Origin: Octopus sinensis
Taxonomy: Eukaryota
NCBI RefSeq assembly: GCF_006345805.1
Contig: NC_043003.1
Coordinates: 40,858,001-40,922,000 of the forward strand
Reading direction: 5' to 3'
Length of the DNA stretch: 64,000 nucleotides
Within the stretch, counting starts at the first letter, position 1. The number at the start of each line of letters is the position of its first letter. Positions 53,501-64,000 of this stretch are shown here, piece by piece. The notes under the pieces were generated by a model that saw only the letters and a program-made list of their open reading frames with translations, did no database searches and was not told the DNA's origin. Both the position numbers and the translations under genes were made by a program.

Positions 53501-54254
53501 TGGAGATAAGAGAATTACGGAATACTATAGAGATCGGAAGAGTAAAGGAATTAAACCGGAGAATATTTATGTAGGCGAACTTAACTATTTTGTGGGTAGA
53601 AGAGAGAAGAACCAACAACAGTTTAAGAATTGTTTAGAATTTTAGAAAATATCTAAATCTACACATTTACTTGTTATGTATGGATATAAGTGATGAAAAA
53701 AAAAAAACGGTAATTTCCCTACCAGAGAAAGTCGCAGGAAAACGAACTAGCTTAAGCTAAATAGAAAATAATGGAAATTTGAAAATTATTTATGGTGTAG
53801 ATGATGAGGTAATTGAAAATGTTTAAATGCCAACAGTTTGAGGAATAAGGTTAATAGATTGATTTTACGAACCAGATAATTTTTCTTAACGTCTTAAATG
53901 ATGAAGATTACCACAATCTGTGAAAGTGTTAGTATAATTTACACCATGTACAAGTTGTGGAGAAGTTCGGGAAAGACAGGGTAAAGGCATACATATGCAT
54001 ACATATCCATATATATATATATATATATATATGGATCAAAACAATTTGATTCAAATTTCTTGGTACTTTAAGTTTCAAGGCTTAATGCTAATCCTCAGTC
54101 ATATATATATGTGTATGTGTCTGTGTGTTAAATGTGTCAATCATTAGATTGTGGTCATGCTGTGGCACTACCTTGAAGGGTTCAGTTAAACAAATCTGCG
54201 CAAGTGCACATTTTGTAGGGAGGACTACTACTTATTCTATTATTAGAAGCGAAG

Positions 54255-55044
54255 TTTGACGACAACCTAGGGGAGACTCTGAGCTTCGACGATAGTCAAC
54301 TGGCTTGCCTCCTTCGAAGGACATTCACGCCAGGACCCTTGTATAACTTCCAAGGATGTCTGGCTTGGCAATGTTACCGAGGATCTTTACCAGTTCGTGA
54401 TAAACTCGCAAGGCATGGTGCTTCTCGTTCACCTATGTGCCAAAGATGCGAGCAGGATAGGGAAACCATTCTGCATGCGATTGTGAAATGCCCCAAAATT
54501 TCAGCAATGTGGGTTTACGTTGAACAATTGCTGTCACGTATGGGAAGAGTACAACTGTCTTCCGAGTCGATTTTAAAGGTTGTTCCTCCTTCCTCTTTTA
54601 ACAAAGAAGGTAAGGCTTGTTTTTCTCGCTGTTGTTGCAGTAGCGAAAAAAGCTGTATGGACAAGCATCTCTATCTCCAGTCTTACACTAGTAAACTTCC
54701 TCATTTCCCACCTTAAGAGGAAAGTAAAGATGGAGAGAAAATGCCTGTCGTCTGATATATATGGGAAAATATGGAAGGCTGTTGTGAACATGATGAGAAT
54801 GAATGATCCCACATAGTGTATACATAAGATCATCAAAAGATTATGGTGGCGGCACGGGGCTTGCGGAGTCGAAGCAGAGCCCGTTTCACACTTCATTGCG
54901 TTTGTATTTGGTTTATCTATCATTCGTTTTAAACAAAATTTTTAACATCTAGTCATCTTTATGTGTAAAATTATTCGGTATATCGACCCCTCCCACATTT
55001 GAATTGTTCCTCTATGTTTGGCCCCCTGTGGGCAATAAAGAAAT
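54255..55044 (+). mobile_element. L1/Tx1-like ORF2 C-terminal fragment plus 3' UTR, a divergent subfamily
   Basis: WQCYRGSLPVRDKLARHG..CQRC..ETILHAIVKC zinc knuckle; AKKAVW; HLKRKVKMER; ends GGCAATAAAGAAAT. Confidence 0.9.
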
Positions 55045-55192
55045 CATGCCTGAAGAACGTGCTTGGGTTTCCATGTACGTGAAACTATTAATAGTGTAAT
55101 TAATGCATGTAACGTAATCATATAAAACAATACTTTTACTCTCGCCAGAGGGAGCACTTTTATTGTTGAACCTTACTACACAAATCAATTCG

Positions 55193-55261
<69 letters not shown>

Positions 55262-55299
55262 TAGATAGATAGATAGATATATAGATAGATAGATAGATA

Positions 55300-55580
55300 T
55301 AAACGATAGACGTCGCCCTTATCAAGCCTAGCCAGGCTCATGGGCCCGGCTTCCCGGTTTCTGTGGCGTATGTGTTCCCCCAGCTGGACGTGATGCCTGT
55401 CCATCGCAACGTTACTCAAGAAACAGGAAAAGAGAGTGAGAGAAAGTTGTGGTGAAAGAGTACAACAGGGGTCGCCCCCCCCTGCAGGAACATCGTGGAG
55501 CTTTTAGGCCTGGGAATCGAAACCACGATCCTCCGAACGCGAGTCCGCTGCCCTAACCATTGCACCAATGCATCTCCATA
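55300..55580 (-). mobile_element. SINE family E-related copy
   Basis: tRNA head at ~55510-55580; V-domain-like segment and GAAACCGGGAAGCCGGGCCC shared with 58311. Confidence 0.65.
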
Positions 55581-56654
55581 TATATATATATATATATATT
55601 ACAAAATTTAATATGAGCAGAAAATGAGGAAAACTTATGATCAACAAATTGACCACCGTCGGTTAATTATTATTTAATACAAAACTTACAGCCGTTTCAG
55701 CTACCAATGTCAGTCGGTACCGCCAAAGAAAATTATGAGAATAATATACATCATCTTTTTAGCACATCCGATCAAGTACATGGAGCTTCATCATAGTGAA
55801 TACAAATACATAAAATAAAAGAAGACAAGTGGGAAGAGGAAAGAACAGGGCCTCGAGATGAGGAAAGAAGGCTTAATAAATTAGAATCATACTATTTTGC
55901 AGTCTAAATCTTGAAGACGGTGAGCAAATGAGTAAACTAGCAAATAATATAGAAAACTAATTAGTGGGTTAATCTTCTTTTAGCGTTACACGGGGGTATA
56001 AATAATGAGAAAATGAATCTAGTACTTAAGCATAAAGGAATCGCCCATAGCTCTAGGAAATAGATAATACTTATGATTTCGTAAATAGAGCTAATTAATA
56101 TTTATATTCAAAAACATACTGTAAAGTTTTTATAATAGTGTACTGACTGAAATATTCTAAAGACCAACCACCTGTAGTCTGTAATGGAATTGACCAAAGT
56201 CGAGCCATCTCTACAACTGGTTAGTTACTTTTAAAACCAAGGGCAATCTAAGACCGTTACATGGGTAAGTAAAGAAGAAAAAACAGTAAATAAATGGTGT
56301 GGGTGAGCAGACTATGTCGTAAGTGACGCAATGCCACTTGTGTCATTATGAACCATCTCAACATAAATACGAGTAAGCGTACGGCAGTAACTAACAGCTA
56401 AGGGGGGACTACTATTAGGGGAAGTGGTTGCTAGTGTCTGGAAAATGATAGGCGGAATACAGAAGTTGCGAGAATGTTTATTAATCCCATTAGTAGGATA
56501 CTTAACGACTGGTTTAGGAGCATCCAGCGGTGTAGATGTGTTTCTTCGGGTGATAAATAGATACAACTCATTAAGATAGGAGTTCGGCAATGTATCTTCA
56601 CACACACACATATATATATATATTATATATATATATATATATATAATATATACT

Positions 56655-57020
56655 TCTAAATTACTTCTATTTTACTTGTTTCTGTCATTAGACTGCAGCC
56701 ATGCTGGGGCACCGCCTTCAGTAATTTTTTAATGCCTGGTTCTTATTCTATTGATCTCTTTTGATCAATTGCTAGGCTACGGGCACATAAACACAAAAAC
56801 ACCGTTTGTCAAGCACAGATAGGGGCGAATACTGACAACACACACACACACATGCTCACACATACATATATTATACACGACGAGTTTCTTTCAATTCTCA
56901 TCGACCAAATTTACTCACAAAGCTTCCGAGGATACAATAGAAAATATTTACCACGCAGTGGAACTGAATCCGGAACTATGTGTTTGGGAAGAATGCTTCT
57001 CACGATGCAGTCACGTATGT
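56655..57020 (-). mobile_element. SINE family A, diverged copy
   Basis: Recognisable head and tail segments. Confidence 0.7.
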
Positions 57021-58104
57021 TCCTATACACACAAACACACACACACACACGTACATATATATATATATATATATATAAGTTTTATTCTAGAATGTAAAAG
57101 GAATGGATGAAGGTTGAAATTATTAGACATTTAGATTGCTAGAAAGTAAGATGATTGTTACTGCATGTATGTGTACATGTAGTGCCTCCCTATATAAGTT
57201 AATTTTACGAAGGAGGACGCCACCCACTGGCATATAAATGTTAATTAAAATATCTTTATTGGGTGGTAACGACATCTGAATGACTATTATGCTACATAAT
57301 AATGATACAAATTTAAAGAAATATTTTCTTAGAAAAAAAATGATAAAATACAATATTATTGTGGGAAAGGAAACTTTTGAGTAAAATCAATAGGAATAAA
57401 CAATTTTGTGGTAAAGTAAGATAAATTTACAGATGTTAATTATTTTGTATGATAATTAGCTCTAATAAAAGGAATCATTCAAACGTTAAGTAGAACAGAT
57501 AAGTGATTCAGTTGATAGCTATTAAGCCATTAATAAATATGATTTAACACGGAATGTTGGGAATAATTAAATATTTCTAAAGTAACATTTGAGTATCTTT
57601 ATTCTTGCTATTATTATTTTTTTGTTTTGTATTTCTATAATCTAGAAATATAACTTTTTTGCAGAAACAATACTAAAATAATTAAAATTTTGTTGGCTAT
57701 TACAACCATCGGGAATGCATAGAGTCGTTCAAAGTCTCTCACAGTTTCTTTCGCTAACTTTGAAAAAGAGAAAGTCATTCAATGAATTATTAGTAAATGT
57801 TAGTTATCTTTTAAAGGATAATGATATCTGTATGACTATTATATTACAAATAATGAAGTAAGTTAGAAGAAATACTTTCTTAAACAAAAACAATTATCCC
57901 AGAAAAGAAAATCTTCATGAACAAGCTTAAATAGTTTCATAGGAATTTAAAATGAAGTTATAAATGTTAAATTATTACTTACTATAATGTGGCAAGGTCT
58001 GTTAGGAGGCGTCTTTAAAATTGAATAAGTTATTCTCATTGTAGATATTTATTGTCATCCATAAGACTGATAAAACTTTCTACTAAAGGCACATGGCCTG
58101 GAAT

Positions 58105-58285
58105 TATTGTGGAGAGCATCAGTCTATTACAGTGACCCCAGTGTTTCACTGGTACTTAATTTATCGGCCCGAAAGGATGAAAGGGAAAGACAGCCTCGGC
58201 GGAATTTGAACTCAGATCGTAATGATGGGCGAAATGTCGCAAAGCATTTTGCGCGGCATGCTAACGATTCTGCCAGTTCATCGCC
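58105..58285 (-). mobile_element. SINE family B (no Tx1-like tail)
   Basis: GGTACTTAATTTATCGGCCCGAAAGGATGAAAGG..GGAATTTGAACTCAGA body. Confidence 0.8.
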
Positions 58286-58310
58286 TTTCGATAACACTTA
58301 TGATATTTGT

Positions 58311-58600
58311 GTGGAGGCACATGGTCTAGTGGTTAGAGTAGCTGACTCGTGGTCAAGGGATCACGGGTTCGAATGTGTGTGTTTATGAGCGAAACACCTA
58401 AGCTCCAAGCGTCTCCGGCAGAAGGTAATGACGAACTTGTGCTGACACTTTCGCCACAACTTCCTCTCACTCCTTCCTCCTGCATCTTGCAGCTCACCTG
58501 CGAAGGACCGGCGTCCCGTCCAGGTGGGAAACCTATACGCCAAGGAAACCGGGAAACCGGCCCTAATAAGCCAGGGATGGCTCGAGAAGGAACAAACAAT
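58311..58600 (+). mobile_element. SINE family E-related copy
   Basis: tRNA head GGAGGCACATGGTCTAGTGGTTAG..GGGTTCGAA, then CCTGCGAAGGACCGGCGTCCCGTCCAGG (V-like) and GGAAACCGGGAAACCGGCCC. Confidence 0.7.
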
Positions 58601-59746
58601 GATAGCAAAATGTGATTGATTCTGATGTGTGCGACTTTTTTTTTAATTGTAGTCTCAGCATGGCTAAATAAAAAAAAAATCTTTGCTTTACAACCATGGG
58701 ATCCAGGGTTCGATCTCACTGTGTGGCACTTTATGCAAATATCAATTTTCTTAGGCTCGAATCATACCTCGTCAGTGAAATTAAGCACAGAGAAATCCTG
58801 CGGTGGGTTGCACTTGTAATTCAGAACGCATAGGCATGTGACACACTGTGCCACGTTGATTCAGCCTAAGAATTATGTTAAGTGTACGTATGTCTGTGAA
58901 ATACTCAACCACTTGCTCGTTAATTCAGAAACAGGAATCCCAGATGCTCGGAAATATCATTTGTAATTATCGAGCAACAAAGATCCACTATCAACACCAA
59001 GACGTTTTAATATTAAATAAGTTACTCGAATTAGTTAATTAGGTAATTTATTAATGAAAAGGTTATTCGAATTAATTAGTTAATAGCTAATTAGTTAAAG
59101 GATAATTAGTTAATAATTAATTAGTTATTAATAAACAGGTCATTCAAATTAGTTAATAGACAAGGATGGTTTCTATTGATCATTAATGACAGGAATTCAA
59201 GTCGGTTAGTGCCACCTGAAAAGATATAAATAATATATAACCTGGAATATAATCGTTTCAAAGAACTGGCCGTTAGCTGCAAAGATGAAAGGATTTGTTT
59301 GACACTATAATAGTGTTAAAATGTAAATGGATTGTAAAGTTTTGAAAGATAAATTTGTTAATTAGGTAGGTTATCTACCTGGGTAAATTACTAGTTGAAA
59401 ACGCCTCAAAATTTTTAAGGTTCTGTTAAGATGACATTTGAACATTTCTGAATGGGAATTAAGGAGAATTATGCTGGCGAAATTTTGGCTGACTATTAGT
59501 TCAGGATTTGGAAGGAAAAATGAAAATTTCTTAAATTTATAACATATTGTCCCCAAATTAAAGTCCCTGTTTATGCTTTTCCAGAGATGTCTCAGAGTTA
59601 TTATTTTGGTGCCTAAATGTATAAGAATAACGACTCTAGTTGAATTTTAATATTCTAGCAGTTCATACAGTATATGGCATGGAGCGGGTAATATCTTCAG
59701 TACTATGATAAGGAGTTAATTGCTTCATTATCATTTAGAATTTAAA

Positions 59747-59965
59747 GGCGGCGTTCTGGCAGAGACGTTAATGCGCCGGACGAAGTGCTTTCGGTATTTC
59801 GCCCGTCGCTACGTTCTGAGTTCAAATTCCGTCGTGGTCGACTTACCTTTCAGCCTTTCGGGTTCGATGAATTAAGTACCAGTTGTGTACTGGGGTTGAT
59901 AGAATCGAATCGAGTTGCACCGTCCCCCAAAATTTCAGGTCTTCTGTCTATAGTAGAAAGGATTA
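59747..59965 (+). mobile_element. SINE family B
   Basis: GGCGGCGTTCTGGCAGAGACGTTA..TTCTGAGTTCAAATTCCG..CCTTTCGGGTTCGATGAATTAAGTACCAG. Confidence 0.82.
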
Positions 59966-60099
59966 TCATTTGAAATTTACTGAGCAGTTTTTGGATGCAG
60001 TTAGAAATTGTGCTGATTAAATAAGCGATAAAGATTAATTTGAATTAACTACAGCTAGTGCTAATCTTTCCGAAATATATAATTAACTTGAATGTAGAC

Positions 60100-60900
60100 T
60101 TTCTTAAAATATATATGTTTGTATACCAGTGGGAAATGCTTAACTAGGAATTTAGAATTGACTCGCTTATAGCACATATTCTGCTTTATATTACATAAAT
60201 GGTATTATTCTTTATGTATGTATCAGCGGCTTGAAATTTTCCATTTATTGAAATTTCTAAAATACAGCTTTGGATAAAAATTTCGTTGGATTTTCTATGA
60301 TGTGAATATTGAAAATCATGATAACATTTGATTCGTTTACAATCTATGATTGGAATCTGAAAGCCTATATTTTTCAAGAGAGCATGGAGATTTGTAGAAA
60401 ATATCTTCGGCTATTGTAGGTTAAGTGTTTGAAATTCTAATAATCTACCGTCTCTTAATTTACCTTGCAATGCACAAACAAAAATAAAACTTATATAGAA
60501 TATATAGATCACTGATGTAGCTCACTTTCTAAGAATTCAGATTCTATTTTCACGCCAATGGATACAACATATTCGAGTATTTCTTCATCCTTATTTATAT
60601 GTCAGAAAGTAAATTGGATTTTCTCGCAAGAGAATAACATTAATTTCTGAATCCTCAATGAAAGTACTTTCTCTAGCGTCAAAATGCTCATCTAATAGCA
60701 GAGAAGCAGAAATAAAAGGAAAAAATTAAATTGGTGAAATATAAAAATACACTTTCTAAGGAATTGTTATGATCCACTGATTTGTGTCGTGGAGGTTACT
60801 CCATAATGATAATTTAGAAGCTATGTTATGTCCGGAGATGATGATGTCTCTAATACTCTTGCTGATAAACAAATGTACTTATCTAGTTGAGGAATTATGT
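60100..60900 (-). pseudogene. Decayed Penelope-like reverse transcriptase fragment
   Basis: Hand translation FFPFISASLLDE, KNIGFQIPIIDCK and YIKNNTIYV follow PLE RT motifs (FYPSISE.LL; GL.ITI.CN; KPN...YV) in order; weak. Confidence 0.4.
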
Positions 60901-61474
60901 ATGAAGCTACTGTGGTCTTTAAATAATTTACATTATTGTGGTCTTTAAATAATTTACATTTAGAAACCTCACTGTCTTTAAATATAAAGAAAGAACCCCG
61001 TGGTTAAAGTGATCTGGATATATAATCGATACCTGAATATATAACCATGTAACGTCTTTTTCTATACTTCTCAGTTCAAATGTCAAGTTCTATTGATAAT
61101 GCATCTTACTTTGCAGCCAACGGATACAGTCATAATCAACCACCAAAGTATATTATTCTTGCTATATCAATCCCATTGTTAAATTATGACAGATGAATTA
61201 CTCGTATTGGGAGATATTTAAACAAAAGGTTAAAATACCAAATTCATGTTGAGTTAAAAATTTTTTTTTTTATTCATTCAGAAATATTGAAATAGAACAA
61301 AATAGTTGTATCATAGGGGAGATTCTGTACCTCTAAGAGCAAAAGACCTCACATGCAGAGGGATGAATTCAAACAAAATTTTCTTCGATTTTCTTTGTCC
61401 ATTTATCCACTGCTGCTTATTCATATAACGACACTATATCTTTTCCGACAAAACAAAATAACACACACATATTC

Positions 61475-61544
<70 letters not shown>

Positions 61545-61802
61545 TGATATATATCCTGAAGTTCCACACCACCCACTATTCCTTCCACCTCATCGAGCCA
61601 ACACTCGCTGGCACTTCCTGCCTCCCCAAAATAAGAAAGCATTTGAATATGTGACCGCGTGTGTATCATTGGTGATTTTCTCTCTCCGTCTTCCCTTCTT
61701 TGGACCATTTCTCTATTTCTGATAAACTGCTCAGCTCGAAACGTGAAATCCTTTTTCTTGTTTGTTCATGTCTCGATTGAATCTATATATATATTTATAT
61801 AT

Positions 61803-62111
61803 AAAAGGAAATGAAGAAAATGCTGACAAAATAATTGAAGTAATTTAAGTAATTTAATTAGGTGAAAGTTCTTTTTACCGGTTGCGCATTTGTTATGCTT
61901 ATCAAAATATAAAAGAGAGATTAGAGTTCCTTCCTGATAGATTTTTTCCTCTTATCTGATAAGAGGAAAAAATCTATCAGGAAGGAACTCTAATCTCTCT
62001 TTTATATTTTGATAAGCATAACAAATGCGCAACCGGTAAAAAGAACTTTCACCTAATTAAATTACTTAAATTACTTCAATTATTTTGTCAGCATTTTCTT
62101 CATTTCCTTTT
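61803..62111. repeat. Perfect 309-bp palindrome (154-bp arms, 1-nt spacer at 61957)
   Basis: Arms checked by eye are exact reverse complements around CTTATC-T-GATAAG. Confidence 0.95.
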
Positions 62112-62156
62112 TTATATATCACAACTCGTGTTCGACATCTCCTTTTTTAAATATAT

Positions 62157-62201
<45 letters not shown>

Positions 62202-62256
62202 GTGTGTGTATGTTTATGTACGTGTTTATGTATGTCTTTATATATATATCTATATA

Positions 62257-62309
<53 letters not shown>

Positions 62310-62721
62310 CGATGGGTGAATGAATTATCCTATGTTTACCCTCAACGTGGAAAATTCGATGAACCGATACCAGGGTAGCAAATTCACGTCAGAATCACGG
62401 TTGAAGCGACCTATCCAAAGTTAGAAACTCCGGGTTCATGTCCAAAAATTTTTGTTATATATGAATCAATAAATAAATGAAGTTGAACGAAGATGTTAAT
62501 AAAATTCCTTTACTTTCGACAACCTCTGAACATTCCTTTAATCAACGTACCCCTCCCTCTCTATTTGTTCCCTATTTATTATTCCTTTAACCCTTCTCTT
62601 CCTACTATCTAACTTTAACGTCAATTCTACTAACGGTTTTTTTAAAACACTTATTATCGTTTTGTTTATCATGCAGGCAGTAATCGTAATTATTATTTTG
62701 TCTTGTTGTTGAGAGAGGCTA

Positions 62722-62814
62722 CCTTTATTTTCTGATGAGAAGATTGCATCTTACACCGTTTATTCCTTTGGAATAAAACCATGTTGTCTTCGAAACATAT
62801 GTCGAAACTAAAGG
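62722..62814 (+). ncRNA. Type I hammerhead ribozyme motif with an intact catalytic core
   Basis: Stem I CCTTTATTTT/GAAA(C)TAAAGG; CTGATGA 62732-62738; stem II GAAGA/TCTTC; GAAA 62792-62795; palindromic stem III ACATATGT; GUC cleavage triplet ending at C62803. Confidence 0.75.
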
Positions 62815-62852
62815 AATTTTATTAACAACGTTCAACTCCATTTATTTATTTA

Positions 62853-62906
<54 letters not shown>

Positions 62907-62929
62907 ATATATAACGGGAAGGTTTACGA

Positions 62930-63075
62930 AAATAAACAAAAGACGAAGGCAGGTGGAGTACAAACGAACAAATGTATTAGTATGGCGCTCAGGAATAGAA
63001 ATAGAACAAGTCTTTTACGTTTCGAGCCTACGCTCTTCGACAGAAAGATACACAGAATAGAAACAAGGAGAGAAA
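62930..63075 (-). mobile_element. Penelope pLTR-like repeat with a minimal hammerhead-like motif (copy 2)
   Basis: Minus strand TCTTT-CTGTCGA-A-GAGC-GTAG-GCTC-GAAACGTA-AAAGA at 63011-63048; homologous to 8423-8560. Confidence 0.6.
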
Positions 63076-63293
63076 AAATGCGTGTAGTAGCTAACGATCT
63101 ATCATGGCGCTCTGACTTCAGGCAGAGGTCAGACGTTAGACGCTAGAGGGATAGTAGGGGAGATAAGAGGGTCAAGTGACTTCTAAAACGAAAGTGGCCC
63201 CAACAAGAAGGTGCGTGTGTGTATAAAAGAGTAAGTATGTGCGTGTAAAAGAAGGCTGGTGGTCTTGACGTGTGCATGTATGTATATATTAAA

Positions 63294-64000
63294 AGACGTT
63301 AAATGACGTGACGTTAAATGAAGTTATATGGGTGGCGTTAAATTACGCTAATTGACGTGACGTTAAAAGAGGTTAACTGACGTGACGTTAAATGGCGTTA
63401 AACGACGTTAAATGATGTCAAATTAAATGACGTTCAATGACGTGGCGATAAACGACGTTAAGTGATGTTAAATGACATGACGTTGAATGACGTTAAATGA
63501 CGTAACGTTAAACGACGTTAAATGACATGACTTTAAATGACGTTAAAAGACGTTATATGATGTGATGAAAAGGACGTTAAATGACGCTATATGGGTGGCG
63601 TTAAATTAAGCTAAATGAGGTGACGTTAAATGACGGTAATTGACGTTAATTGACTTCGCGTTATATGAGTTCAAATTAAATGATGTTAACTAAAGTGAGG
63701 TTAAATGAAATTAAAGGATGTTAAATGACGTGATGTAAAATGGCGTTAAATGACATTATATGAGTGACGTTAAATTACGCAGAATGACGCGAGGTAATTG
63801 ACGTAGCGTTAAATGGCGTTGAATGACGTTAAATGATATAGTAAATAAGGTTAAATGACGTGACGGTAAACGATGTTAAATAACGTTAAATGGCATGACG
63901 TTAAATGACGTTAAATGACGTGATGTAAAATGACATTAAATGATGTTATATGGGTGACGTTAAATTACGCTAAATGACGTGTCATTAAATGATGTCATAG
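63294..64000. repeat. Degenerate satellite built from AAATGACGTT/GACGT units with a higher-order marker
   Basis: Dozens of TGACG(T) words; TTATATG(G/A)GTG(G/A)CGTTAAATTACGC recurs at ~63324, 63588, 63756 and 63946; runs off the window end. Confidence 0.9.

Noticed and set aside
63294-64000. CRISPR-like array
   Set aside because: The units are degenerate and tandem with no unique spacers, there are no cas genes, and the context is eukaryotic.

Overview
AT-rich animal DNA, intergenic or intronic, with dense microsatellites. The SINE repertoire suggests a cephalopod (Octopus-like) genome; this is inferred from recalled family features, not from a search. No host protein-coding gene could be supported, and almost all ORFs in the track are microsatellite read-throughs. 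Supported content: four intact initiator tRNA-Met(CAT) genes and two tRNA pseudogenes; a full-length decayed DD36E Tc1/mariner element; a DD41D transposase remnant; several MITEs; a Helitron Rep remnant and four non-autonomous Helitron/Helentron elements; L1/Tx1-like, RTE and probable Penelope-like retroelement fragments; and many tRNA-derived SINEs. Most interesting: (1) a set of hammerhead-ribozyme (HHR) motifs, one with an intact core at 62722-62814 and one in the tail of a tRNA-headed SINE at 5381-5798; (2) a SINE whose 3' tail matches the 3' end of a Tx1/L1-like LINE; (3) a perfect 309-bp palindrome; (4) a templated-insertion duplication; (5) a TGACGT-rich satellite. All alignments, folds and off-track translations were done by eye.
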